DNA of 64,000 bases from Candidatus Multivoradales bacterium (GCA_965223155.1 CBDCVR010000013.1:960001-1024000), one strand, 5' to 3'; shown: positions 38,457 through 47,769, numbered from the stretch's first letter. Translations and numbers: made by a program. Notes: generated by a model from the letters alone, not told the origin.

Positions 38457-39050
38457 CTAGATCGCCCCGCCCCGCCAATCCTCGATCACCTCGGCCTTGA
38501 GCGCCCACTCACTACCGGGGAAGCGGCGCCGGAGGTCGTTCCAGGCGTCGGCCAGCGCCTGGATGTCGCGGCGGCCGGCCAGGAAGCGGGCGACCCCCAG
38601 CCAGCACGCAGCCTCGGGAGCCGCCGGAGCCTCGGCATGATCCGCCACCACCGAGCCCAGAAGCCCTTGGGCGTCCTCGGCCGCGCGGCGGGTGATGGCG
38701 TAGATGCCCCGGGCGGTCCGAAGCTCGGCCACGAAATCCGCCGGCGGCAGCCAGCCCACCGACCGGCGGCGCGCTCGACCCTTGCCGTCGAGGTACACGA
38801 ACGTGGGCGCCCACGGTACCGGAGCCCCGCCGCTCGCCTCGACGAAGTCCGGGTGGCGCTCGGTCAGGTTCGCCTTGAAACAGGCGAAACCCTCCTCCAG
38901 CTCCGCCTCGACCTCCGGATGTGGATACGTCACGGTATCCATGCGCCGGCACCCGAGTCAGCCAGGCGCCCAGAGATAGGCGAGAACAAGGGCGTCATCG
39001 GCCGCGGCCGCCTGCGCGGCCTCGAGGTACTCGTGCCAGTCAACCGGCAT
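38457..39050 (-). CDS. Thioredoxin-fold selenoprotein candidate (UxxC) with C-terminal TPR-like helices, 197 aa
   Basis: MPVDWHEYLEAAQAAAADDALVLAYLWAPG-TGA-LGCRRMDTVTYP: in-frame TGA (38960-38958) sits at the first Cys position of CxxC; WAPTF cis-Pro motif later; the ORF track holds only 38457-38942. Confidence 0.8.
38915..38949 (-). promoter_or_regulatory. Candidate bacterial SECIS hairpin
   Basis: UGGAUAC-CGUGAC-GUAUCCA perfect 7-bp stem with GU in the loop (G is 25 nt after the UGA), flanked by a CCGG/CCGG lower stem. Confidence 0.65.
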
Positions 39051-39158
39051 TCCACTATTGTACCGAGGCTCTTGGACACCAGGCCCACCCAACTACCGCT
39101 CACTGGAGAGGCGACGGGTGCCCAACGGCACCCGTCGCACTCCAATTGGCCTTCTGTC

Positions 39159-40178
39159 CTAGCTTCCGATCAGGTCGATCGCCGTCTGCGCCGTCGCTAT
39201 CAAGGTGTCGGCATCCGCTTCCGCGATCGCGCCTCCGCGTTGCGCCTGGACCGCGTTGATAAACGCCTCGAGACTTCCGATAGCGGCCACATCGTTGTGG
39301 GTATTCAGATCTTCGAGCGCCTTCAGGGCCGCATCGAGCTTCGCATCGAGGCTGTTGGCGATCCCCTGGCTGAGGTTCAGACCAATGATATCGGCGACGA
39401 GCTGAGCAACCAGGTCGGACGCAGTGCCACATGCCGGGATTCCGGCGACACCGCGATCGTAGAGATCGGTGACTTCGGAGGCGGTCAGTGCCGTGTCGTA
39501 GACGACAATCTCGTCCAAGTGGCCGCTGTAGTACGACGAGCAACTGTCCCATCCAAGCTGGACCATCTGGAGCTCGTCGTTGATGAGTCCACCGTAGATC
39601 GGCACCACCGAATCCACCAGAACACCATCGACGTAGAAGTCGACCGAATCCGTGGTGTAGGTTGCAGCCACGTGCTTCCACTCACCAAACGGAAACGGCG
39701 CGAACGAGCTAGAGACTTCATCTTCGGTGACCGGTGGATCCGCCCACTTGCTGAAGTAGAGCTCCTCAGAGAACAGGTGTGCGTACAACTGAAAGTTCCC
39801 CGCGTTGCAGTACGTTCTTGCCGTGATGACGGCGCCCAGCCCGTCCCCCACAGGGCCGGCCGGCCCACGATAGACCCACGCCGCAATGGACATCTGGTCG
39901 CCTCCGAAGTCCGTCAACGCGGCGTGAGCTCCCACGTCGACGTACGATCCGTCACCGCCCAGGCCCATGGCTTGGCCCACGGGACCCGAGCCATACGACA
40001 CCGAGCCGATGGGCGTGCCGGCAATGCCGTTCACCATCTCGGTGGTGTCACCATCGAGCGGCCAATAGCCCACGACGTTGGCGTCGCACTGATTCGCAAT
40101 CGCCAATTGCGGTGTCATCAAGAGCACGGCCGCCACACCCGATGCAACAAGTCCTCTCACTGCCAGTCCTCGATTCAT
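39159..40178 (-). CDS. Secreted LamG/concanavalin A-like protein with C-terminal helical (FIMAH-like) domain
   Basis: Signal peptide; VGYWPLDG, SIAAWV, WKHVAATY, FYVDG and GHLDEIVVYDTALT; tail LDAKLDAA..LEAFINAV. Confidence 0.85.
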   Translation of the reverse strand: MNRGLAVRGLVASGVAAVLLMTPQLAIANQCDANVVGYWPLDGDTTEMVNGIAGTPIGSVSYGSGPVGQAMGLGGDGSYVDVGAHAALTDFGGDQMSIAAWVYRGPAGPVGDGLGAVITARTYCNAGNFQLYAHLFSEELYFSKWADPPVTEDEVSSSFAPFPFGEWKHVAATYTTDSVDFYVDGVLVDSVVPIYGGLINDELQMVQLGWDSCSSYYSGHLDEIVVYDTALTASEVTDLYDRGVAGIPACGTASDLVAQLVADIIGLNLSQGIANSLDAKLDAALKALEDLNTHNDVAAIGSLEAFINAVQAQRGGAIAEADADTLIATAQTAIDLIGS

Positions 40179-40357
40179 TTCTAGCTCCTCTCTCGTTTCA
40201 ATCCCATCGCCTCTCTTGCTCAAGGCGCCTAGCTTCGTCAGTGAGACGGACGCTGGCTTTCGATTTCGCGACCCGACGCTGTACCAACTGCAAGCGATGC
40301 CATTCCGAGGCTGTAGGCACGGCCACCACCCACGCTCGACTCCGATAGGCTCGAAGC

Positions 40358-41140
40358 GTGCTCGGCATCGTGGAGGAGAAGGCTGAGATCGCCTACGAGA
40401 TCCGGCGCTCGCGCCGGGCAAAGCGCGTTCGGCTAACGGTTCGGCCGGAGGGGGTGCGGGTCTCGGCGCCGCCATGGACGCGGGCGGCGACGATCCGGAG
40501 GTTCGTGGAGTCGAAGCGGCCCTGGATCGAGCGCCGGTCGCGGGAGCTGGCCGAGGAGGCGCGGCGATGGGCTTTGCCGGAGTCGCTCTCGCCGGGCGTT
40601 CTCGTTCCGCTTCGCGGAGACCGGGTCGAGCTCCACGTGCTCGACGCTCAGGCTCCGGTTGCCGCTTCGGCCTTCGCCTCGGGACTGACCTCAGCATCGG
40701 GGCGCCGGTCGAAGAGGGCTTCGGTTGAGCTCGCGGGCCGGCCCGCGGACCGAATCAAGGTGCTGGTGCCGGGAACCCAGGCCAAGTCCGAGCGCCAGAC
40801 CGAGATCCGGCGAGCGCTCGTCGACTGGCTGAAGCTCCAGGCGCTTGCCGACGCCGAGCGCTGGGTCGGCGTGTACGCTCCCCGCCTCGATGTCCGTCCC
40901 ACCAAGATCCGGATCGGCAACCAGAAGACCTTGTGGGGGAGCTGCTCGGCGCGCGGGACGATCTCGCTCAACTGGCGCCTGGTGACTCTGCCGGAGGCCT
41001 TGTTCGAATACGTGGTCGTCCACGAGCTCTGTCACCTAGTCGAGCGCAATCACGGACTGCAGTTCTGGAGCCTCGTGGGCTCGCTCCTGCCTGACTACGG
41101 CGATCGGCGCGCCGCGCTACGGCGGCGGACGATTCTCTAG
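40358..41140 (+). CDS. YgjP/DUF45 family zinc-dependent hydrolase
   Basis: RRSRRAKRVRL, WGSCS, LNWRL, YVVVHELCHL and NHGLQFW. Confidence 0.9.
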   Translation: MLGIVEEKAEIAYEIRRSRRAKRVRLTVRPEGVRVSAPPWTRAATIRRFVESKRPWIERRSRELAEEARRWALPESLSPGVLVPLRGDRVELHVLDAQAPVAASAFASGLTSASGRRSKRASVELAGRPADRIKVLVPGTQAKSERQTEIRRALVDWLKLQALADAERWVGVYAPRLDVRPTKIRIGNQKTLWGSCSARGTISLNWRLVTLPEALFEYVVVHELCHLVERNHGLQFWSLVGSLLPDYGDRRAALRRRTIL

Positions 41141-41210
41141 AGCCCGCGACAGCTAGAGAGAGGCTACCGGCCCGGCAACCACGGCTACACGATCCCGGGC
41201 GGCCGCCCGA

Positions 41211-42119
41211 TCAGCTTCGCTCGTGCCGCAGAAAGGTGCCGTCTTCGAGCTCGGCGTAGGCCTGACGCAGCTCGCCGGGAGAGTTCATGACGATCGGCCC
41301 GTGCCAGGCCACCGGCTCGCGCAGGGGCTGGCCCGAGACCAGCAGGAAGCGCATTCCCTCGTCGCCCGCCTCGACCACGATCTCGTCGCCGCGGTCGAAG
41401 AGAACCAGCGAGCGGTCGCCGGCCGGAGTCAAGCTCATCGCCCCCGAGGCCAGATCTTCGGTGGGCACGCCGCGCGGGTCGGACGCGCCGGCGAACCGGC
41501 CCGACCCGGCAAAGACGTAAGCAAAAGCGTGGTCGGCGGTCTCGACCGCCAGGCGCTTGCGCCGGTTGGGCGGAACCGAGACGTCCAGGTACCGGGGATC
41601 GGCGGCTATGCCCTCGACCGGTCCGCGGGCGCCCCAGAACTCGCCACAGACGACCCGCACCCGGGTGCCGTCGTCGTCGGTCACCTCAGGAACGTCGCCG
41701 CTCGCGATGTCCTGGTAGCGCGGCGCAGTCATCTTCTTCGACGCCGGCAGATTGGCCCAAAGCTGGAAACCGTGCATGCGGCCGGCCGGGTCCCCGGCCG
41801 GCATCTCCTGATGGACGATGCCGCTGCCGGCGGTCATCCACTGCACGTCGCCGGCGCCGACGACGCCGGAGTTGCCCAGGCTGTCGGCGTGCTCGACACT
41901 ACCGGCCAGAACGTAGGTGATGGTCTCGATGCCGCGGTGCGGGTGCCAGGGGAACCCCGCCCGGTAGTCCTCCGAGCGCTCGTTGCGGAAGTCGTCCAGC
42001 AGCAGAAACGGGTCGAAGTCCTTGGTCTTGCCAAAGCCGAAGGCGCGGTCGAGGCGAACGCCGGCGCCTTCGATCGTGGGTTGGGCTTGACTGACGGAAC
42101 GGGCAGGCCGGATGGACAT
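41211..42119 (-). CDS. Pirin family protein
   Basis: DPFLLLD, GFPWHPHRGIETITY, VQWMTAGSGIVHQE, QLWANLP and GPIVMN. Confidence 0.95.
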   Translation of the reverse strand: MSIRPARSVSQAQPTIEGAGVRLDRAFGFGKTKDFDPFLLLDDFRNERSEDYRAGFPWHPHRGIETITYVLAGSVEHADSLGNSGVVGAGDVQWMTAGSGIVHQEMPAGDPAGRMHGFQLWANLPASKKMTAPRYQDIASGDVPEVTDDDGTRVRVVCGEFWGARGPVEGIAADPRYLDVSVPPNRRKRLAVETADHAFAYVFAGSGRFAGASDPRGVPTEDLASGAMSLTPAGDRSLVLFDRGDEIVVEAGDEGMRFLLVSGQPLREPVAWHGPIVMNSPGELRQAYAELEDGTFLRHERS

Positions 42120-42262
42120 CAGGCACCTCCTGGAACGGTCGCTGTCGAGAAAAAGCACTACGCGGATGCGCACCCCGAACAACGGATTCGGAGCGTTTGA
42201 AATTCCCTCCCGCGATGTCTCCGGGACTCGCCCCGGCGGTCGCTTGCAGGTACCCTCGGCCG

Positions 42263-43615
42263 ATGCTCGCGACCCGGCCTTCGACCGAGACCGGCCGGCT
42301 TCTGCGCCTGGCCGGCCCGATGATCGTCGGGCAACTCGCCGGGGTGCTCATGACCTTCGTCGACACGGTCATGGCCGGAAGACTCTCGGCCGAAGCTCTG
42401 GCGGCGGTGGCCGCGGGCAGCGCCATCTGGCACACCCTGATGCTCGCGGGCATGGGTATCCTGCTCGCGGTCTCGCCTTCGGTGGCGCAGCTCGACGGCG
42501 CCGGCCGGCAGAGCGAGATCGGCCCCCTGGTCCGGCAGGCCGCCTGGATTGCCCTCGCCCTGGCGGCGGTCACCGTCGCCGCATGCCTGGGCGCCGGCCC
42601 GCTTCTCCACGCACTCGACATCGAACCGGGGCTCCACGAGACGATCCTGGGATACCTCAAGGCCCTCCTCTGGGGTGCCCTGCCGATGTATCTCTTCCTG
42701 GCGCTTCGTTTCCTGTGCGAGGGCGTCGAGATCAGCCGGCCGGTGATGTATTTCGGCTTCGTCGGGCTGGCGGTCAACGTGGTCGCCAACTACGGCCTCA
42801 TCTACGGCCACTGGGGCCTGCCGCGACTGGGCGCCGTGGGCTGCGGCTACGCCACCTCGGCGGTCTGGTGGACCGAGCTGGCCGGGCTCGTGGCCTACGT
42901 CCGGCTCCATCCGAAGCTGCGCCGGCTCCACGTCTTCGGCCGCTTTGACCGTCCGCGGGTCGAGCCCCTGCTCGAGCTCCTGCGCCTGGGTGGACCGATC
43001 GGGTTCAGCTTCTTCGTGGAGGTCAGCATGTTCGCGGGGGTGGCGCTGCTCATGGGCTCGATCAGCGCCGTGGCGGTGGCCGGACACCAGATCGCGATCA
43101 ACGTCGCCTCGACCACGTTCATGGTGCCCTTGGGGATCTCGCTGGCGACCACGGTCCGGGTGGGTAACGCCCTGGGCCGCGGCGATCGCGGCGGCGCCCG
43201 GCGCGCCGGATGGCTGGGCATCCGGGTCGCGCTCGCCGCGCAAGTGCTGTCTTCGATCCTGCTGGTGGTCTTCCCGCGCGCCATCGCCGGCATCTACAGC
43301 CGGGATCCGGCGGTAGTCGCGGTCGCGGTCCAGCTGCTGCTGGCGGCGGCGATCTTCCAGCTCTCGGACGGACTCCAGGTTTCGGCGGCGGGCGCCCTGC
43401 GCGGCGCCAAGGACACCCGGGCCCCGATGCTCGTCACGGTCGTCGCGTACTGGGCGGTCGGCCTGCCCTTCGGCTACTGGCTGTGCTTTCGCCAGGGGCT
43501 GGGGGCGATCGGCCTCTGGATCGGCATCATCGGCGGCCTCACGGTCGCCGGCCTCTTGCTCACGGCCCGGTTCCGTCAGCTTCTGAGCGGGCCGGCGCCC
43601 GCGGGCGCCGGCTAG
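42263..43615 (+). CDS. MATE family efflux transporter (NorM-like)
   Basis: FVDTVMAGRLS, PRLGAVGCG, AGHQIA and FQLSDGLQV..GALRGAKDT. Confidence 0.93.
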   Translation: MLATRPSTETGRLLRLAGPMIVGQLAGVLMTFVDTVMAGRLSAEALAAVAAGSAIWHTLMLAGMGILLAVSPSVAQLDGAGRQSEIGPLVRQAAWIALALAAVTVAACLGAGPLLHALDIEPGLHETILGYLKALLWGALPMYLFLALRFLCEGVEISRPVMYFGFVGLAVNVVANYGLIYGHWGLPRLGAVGCGYATSAVWWTELAGLVAYVRLHPKLRRLHVFGRFDRPRVEPLLELLRLGGPIGFSFFVEVSMFAGVALLMGSISAVAVAGHQIAINVASTTFMVPLGISLATTVRVGNALGRGDRGGARRAGWLGIRVALAAQVLSSILLVVFPRAIAGIYSRDPAVVAVAVQLLLAAAIFQLSDGLQVSAAGALRGAKDTRAPMLVTVVAYWAVGLPFGYWLCFRQGLGAIGLWIGIIGGLTVAGLLLTARFRQLLSGPAPAGAG

Positions 43616-43625
43616 GGCTGAAGAC

Positions 43626-43663
43626 GACAGCGGGCCGCCGCCGACAAGGCGGCGACCCGTGTC
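43626..43663. terminator. GC-rich hairpin between convergent genes (possible terminator, no U-tract)
   Basis: CGCCGCC-GACAA-GGCGGCG core stem extended by GCGGG/CCCGT and GAC/GTC. Confidence 0.4.
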
Positions 43664-43681
43664 CGTTGATCGCGGAGGCCT

Positions 43682-44431
43682 CTAGCGGCCGGCGTCGGCC
43701 GCTTCCGCCATCGCCTCGCGGGCGGCGACGTCGTCCGACGACATGTCCACGGTCACCATGAAGCCGGTTGTACCGCTGAACTCGAAGGCCTTGTCTCCGA
43801 CCTTCCAGGTCTCGATCTCGTTCGGCATCATCTTGAACCCGTCGTTACGGGCGGCACCGAAGTACGCGATGTTGTTGAGAAAGCCGGGACCGCCGTCCAT
43901 GCCCGCCCACTTGTTGAGAGCGATGTGGGCCTTCTCGCCGCCGTCCAGCTTGGCCTCGGCCCGGTCCTCGGTAGCCATCCACTCGATGTCGCCATCCGCG
44001 GCAACCTCGAAGGACTTCCACTGCACCGGAAAGATGTGGCCCAGAGCCGTGGCGACACCCGCTTTCTGCGCGTCGGTCGTACCCTCTTGGAAGGTCACGA
44101 TCGCCCACTCGGTCTCGCCGTCCTCCCAGTTGTCACCCAGGTCCCCGGCGACCCAAAACCTGACTCCGGCCAGATCGGTGTCGCCATGGTGACCTTCGTT
44201 GACCTTGTAGGCCATGTTGAACTTGCAGAAGTGCTCGGGGTCGTGGGCCACATGGGAGGCGGGCTCGAAATTGAAGTAGCACTGGCAGAACATCGGACAG
44301 CTACAGGCCTCGATCACGGTTCCGTTGAAGTGCCAATCCTCGCCGTCGCCGGCCCAGACCATGGGCGCCGCCAGGATCGCGACAGCCGCCACGAGCGCAG
44401 CGCCAAGAAACCACGTTCTCTTTCGATTCAT
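43682..44431 (-). CDS. Secreted DUF1326 family protein
   Basis: Signal peptide; WHFNGTVIEACSCPMFCQCYF, HFC and GHHGDTDLAG. Confidence 0.78.
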   Translation of the reverse strand: MNRKRTWFLGAALVAAVAILAAPMVWAGDGEDWHFNGTVIEACSCPMFCQCYFNFEPASHVAHDPEHFCKFNMAYKVNEGHHGDTDLAGVRFWVAGDLGDNWEDGETEWAIVTFQEGTTDAQKAGVATALGHIFPVQWKSFEVAADGDIEWMATEDRAEAKLDGGEKAHIALNKWAGMDGGPGFLNNIAYFGAARNDGFKMMPNEIETWKVGDKAFEFSGTTGFMVTVDMSSDDVAAREAMAEAADAGR

Positions 44432-44744
44432 ACTTCCCTCCATGGATGGTCCAGGCGAGTTGTGACTCGCCCGGTGTTGCCGCCGGCGAAGCCGCTCCGC
44501 CGGCGCCTTACGAATGATCTACTGAACCTATCTCCAGCAATCGAAATCGTCAATCCCGCTCTGCCCGGCCTGGAAGGCCTCGCCGCCTTGCCAGATCGCA
44601 CCAAATAGTGCAACATTCGTTAACTCGTTAACGCGTGGCGGGAGTGACGCACGTTGGCGCTGGGCTCGGACGTTTGACCGGCCTAGGGGTAGAGGGCGGG
44701 GTGTCTCTACAGGCGAAACGGCCGGACCGGCAGGAGGGACAGCC

Positions 44745-46799
44745 ATGACGCAATTCCAAAATCCTTGTCGCCGGCTCTTCGGAGCCCTTCTCGTGACCTC
44801 GGTCCTCGGTGTGGCTCCGGCCAGCGGCAGCGACCCGCAGCTCGCTGATCCGCTGCCGCCACCGCTGTCCGAAAGCGAGACAATCCACGAGCGCATCGAT
44901 GTGCACGCGCAGCGGGCGATCGTCAGGCTCTCGCACGGCGCCACCTTCGAGGACCGCGCCACCTCGCGCTATCTCCTGCGTGGCGTCCAGTACGGTGTCC
45001 TGGGCGGCATCTACAAGGTCGATACCCAGGTTCCGGCGTTGCGAGCCCAAAGTCTTGGCCAGGGGTGGTGGACGCTGCTCGACGGGCGTCCGGCCGGATG
45101 CATGCTCGAACCGGCGCACGAGAAGCCCATCTTGATCTTCAGCAAGACCGTGGCGCCGCAGACCGACGCCCTGGCCCAGGCGCTCAAGACCGCTCTCGAC
45201 GAGTGCGGCTTCCGCCGGCTGGACGTTCTCGTGACCCGGGGCGGCTACCCCTGCACCGAGGCCTACGTCACGATCTCGAGCGAGCCCGTGGGGGTCGCCA
45301 ACGATCCGCCCTGCCGCACCTACCCGTCCGGTCTCTGCCGCTTCTACGTTCCCACCGCGATGTACGAGTTTCGCGTCACCTGCAACAGCGAGTCGACCGA
45401 CCCGGTGGGAATCTACCGGGCCGTAGCCCCCGGGGCTGGCGTCCAGACGGAAGCGTTCGATTTCGCCGGGGCTCCCGAGCCATCCACCCCACCGGCGCCG
45501 CCGCCGGCCACACCGCCGGGCACCACTCCCCCGCCGGGCTCACCGCCGGGGCAAACCACTCCGCCGCCACCGCCCACGACCAAGGGAACGCCACCGTCGA
45601 AGACGCCGCCGCCGGCGACTCCGCCTCAGGCGACACCTCCGGCCTACGGTCGCGTTCCGCTCGGCAAGCTGCCGCCGTCGACCAAAGGACCGCCGCCGAC
45701 CCCCTCCAAGCTCCCCCGCACTCGGATCACCCGTCCGCCCAGCCGCCTGCGCCTTCCGGGGCGCACGGCGACGCCGCCGTCTGAACCTCCACAACCTTCG
45801 GAGCCCCCGCCCACGGGAACGCCGCCGGCGTCCGTCGCGGTACGCGACTGCCCGGTCACGCCGGTTCGTGGCGGCCCTTGCTGGACGACCGAAGACGTCA
45901 TCAACTCGGCGATCGACCATCACGCCCAGAGCGCCTTGCTACGTATGTTCGCCGGCGGCGGCGTGCCGGCGGCCGAGGCCTCGCAGATCCTGTGCGCGGC
46001 CAAGGCGGGCGAGCTCGAGGGCGTGTACTTGCCGGACCAGCAGGTCCCGGCGCTCCGCGTCCGCTCTCAGGGCGGCAATTGGTGGGAAATGATTCCGGCC
46101 GGCAGCCATTCGGTCTGCTACCAGCCACCGCCCGACCGGGCGCCGCTGATCGCCTTCAGCAAGCAGATCAAGGACGACCGCGCTCTGGTGGCGATCGCAC
46201 TTTCCAACGCCTGGCACGATTGCAAGCTTCCGCCGACCGCGCCCCGCTGCTACGTCGCGACGATCTCCAAGCCCAAGCCCGAGCTGGTCTGCCCCCCCGG
46301 CACCATCCCGGATCCCGAGGGTGAGGTCTGCGTACCCCAGGTCGTCTGCCCGCCGGGCTCGGATCCGAAACCAGACGGCACCGGCTGCGTCGAGCGCGAG
46401 TGCCCGCCCGGAACGATTCCGGACGGTGACCTCTGCATTCTGGATCTGCCCGGAACGGTGCAGACACCGTGTACGCAATCCGAGATCGAGCAGCAGTTCC
46501 AGCAGAAGACCGACTTCTGCGCCTCGATCAAGTTCGGCCTCGACGCCGCCTGCGGCCTGGGCCAGAGTCCCTGCGATCATCTGCGGCCGGTAAAGTTCGG
46601 CTGCGACGTCTTCGAACGGATCTTCGGCAAGCCCATCCCGGGCGCCAAGCACCCGGCCTGCTCCGAGTCGAACGCCGGCTTCTACAAGAGATGCGTACTC
46701 TCGACCCTCGAGGGCGAACGCAAGACCCTACCCTGCACACTGCCGTCAGCCAGCGACCTGCGCCAGAAGTACGACTCCTGGCCCGGGAAGCAGAAGTAA
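44745..46799 (+). CDS. Secreted multidomain hypothetical protein (two copies of an unrecognised domain, Pro-rich linker, CPPG repeats, Cys-rich C-terminus)
   Basis: GGAGGG RBS; signal peptide; IDxHAQ..G[IV]Y..VPALR..WW..FSK domain twice; three CPPG-x(7-9)-C repeats. Confidence 0.8.
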   Translation: MTQFQNPCRRLFGALLVTSVLGVAPASGSDPQLADPLPPPLSESETIHERIDVHAQRAIVRLSHGATFEDRATSRYLLRGVQYGVLGGIYKVDTQVPALRAQSLGQGWWTLLDGRPAGCMLEPAHEKPILIFSKTVAPQTDALAQALKTALDECGFRRLDVLVTRGGYPCTEAYVTISSEPVGVANDPPCRTYPSGLCRFYVPTAMYEFRVTCNSESTDPVGIYRAVAPGAGVQTEAFDFAGAPEPSTPPAPPPATPPGTTPPPGSPPGQTTPPPPPTTKGTPPSKTPPPATPPQATPPAYGRVPLGKLPPSTKGPPPTPSKLPRTRITRPPSRLRLPGRTATPPSEPPQPSEPPPTGTPPASVAVRDCPVTPVRGGPCWTTEDVINSAIDHHAQSALLRMFAGGGVPAAEASQILCAAKAGELEGVYLPDQQVPALRVRSQGGNWWEMIPAGSHSVCYQPPPDRAPLIAFSKQIKDDRALVAIALSNAWHDCKLPPTAPRCYVATISKPKPELVCPPGTIPDPEGEVCVPQVVCPPGSDPKPDGTGCVERECPPGTIPDGDLCILDLPGTVQTPCTQSEIEQQFQQKTDFCASIKFGLDAACGLGQSPCDHLRPVKFGCDVFERIFGKPIPGAKHPACSESNAGFYKRCVLSTLEGERKTLPCTLPSASDLRQKYDSWPGKQK

Positions 46800-47277
46800 G
46801 CAAGGGACGGAACCTGAAAGGAGCTGAACGAGCATGAGAGTCCTTCGAGCCGTATCCACCGTCCTCCCTCTGTGCGCGGGCGCCGTCCTCCTCGCCATGG
46901 CTCTGGTCGCCGTCCCGGCGGCGGCCACGAGTCCTCGGGTCGCGGTCGATCAGTGCGCCGACATTCTTCCGGTTCCGGGCTGCTGGACGACCCAGGACGT
47001 GATCGACCCCCATATCGACTCCCACGCCCAGACCGCGCTCATGGGCATGCTGACGCGAGGCGGAGCCGATGGAGCCGTCGCCTCCGCCATCCTGTGCGCG
47101 GTCAAGCGGCGTCATCTCGAAGGGGTCTACCTGCCCGACCAGGGCGTGCCCGCCCTACGCGTCCGCTCTCAGGGCGGCAATTGGTGGGAGATGATCCCGG
47201 CCGGCAGCCACTCGGTCTGCTACAAGCCGCCGCCCGAGCGGGCGCCGCTGATCGCCTTCAGCAAGCAGATCAAGGAC
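46056..47277 (+). repeat. 120-bp dispersed duplication between adjacent genes (46056-46175 and 47158-47277)
   Basis: Manual alignment gives 114 of 120 nt identical, encoding RVRSQGGNWWEMIPAGSHSVCY[QK]PPP[DE]RAPLIAFSKQIKD. Confidence 0.9.
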
Positions 47278-47733
47278 GTCTCGACCGCGGTGGCCGCGGC
47301 CCTCACCTCGGCCTGGACCGACTGCAGCCTGCCGGCCACGGCGCCTCGTTGCTACTTTGCCACCATTACGAAACCACCGACGCCGGTGCCGCCCGGCGGT
47401 GGCGACAGCGGCGGCGGGGACACCGACAACGGCGACAACGGCGGCTCGACCGAGCCTCCGGCCACTGAAGGGCCCGCCACGGTCATCATCGACCTCAAAC
47501 GCGGTGGCGTTCCGTACGCGGGCAAGGCCCAAGTCTTCATTGCGAATCCCGACCATCAGGAGTGGGACGTGGTCACCGGTCAGGTGACGTTCACGGTGCC
47601 GCCCGGTGTCTATAACACCGCGGCGCGCGACTACGGCCTGACCGATTGCAAACTGGGACCCGCCACGCCGATCGTGGTTCGATCGAATGACACGCTGCGG
47701 TTCTCCCTCGAAGTCCCGGAATGCCTGCCCTAA
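46834..47733 (+). CDS. Secreted hypothetical protein sharing the unrecognised domain, with a C-terminal beta-sandwich
   Basis: AAGGAG RBS; signal peptide; third copy of the domain; Gly/Asp/Pro linker; FTVPPGVY. Confidence 0.8.
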   Translation: MRVLRAVSTVLPLCAGAVLLAMALVAVPAAATSPRVAVDQCADILPVPGCWTTQDVIDPHIDSHAQTALMGMLTRGGADGAVASAILCAVKRRHLEGVYLPDQGVPALRVRSQGGNWWEMIPAGSHSVCYKPPPERAPLIAFSKQIKDVSTAVAAALTSAWTDCSLPATAPRCYFATITKPPTPVPPGGGDSGGGDTDNGDNGGSTEPPATEGPATVIIDLKRGGVPYAGKAQVFIANPDHQEWDVVTGQVTFTVPPGVYNTAARDYGLTDCKLGPATPIVVRSNDTLRFSLEVPECLP

Positions 47734-47769
47734 CCGCAGAAACCAAGACGAAGGGATAGCGGAATCCAC

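Noticed and set aside
38424-40184. 586 aa plus-strand ORF
   Set aside because: Antisense to the selenoprotein and LamG genes, both of which have clear motifs.
44597-44612. NtrC-like box CGCACCAAATAGTGCA
   Set aside because: GCAC-N6-GTGC is one base shorter than the NtrC N7 spacing, so it is kept only as an unassigned palindrome.
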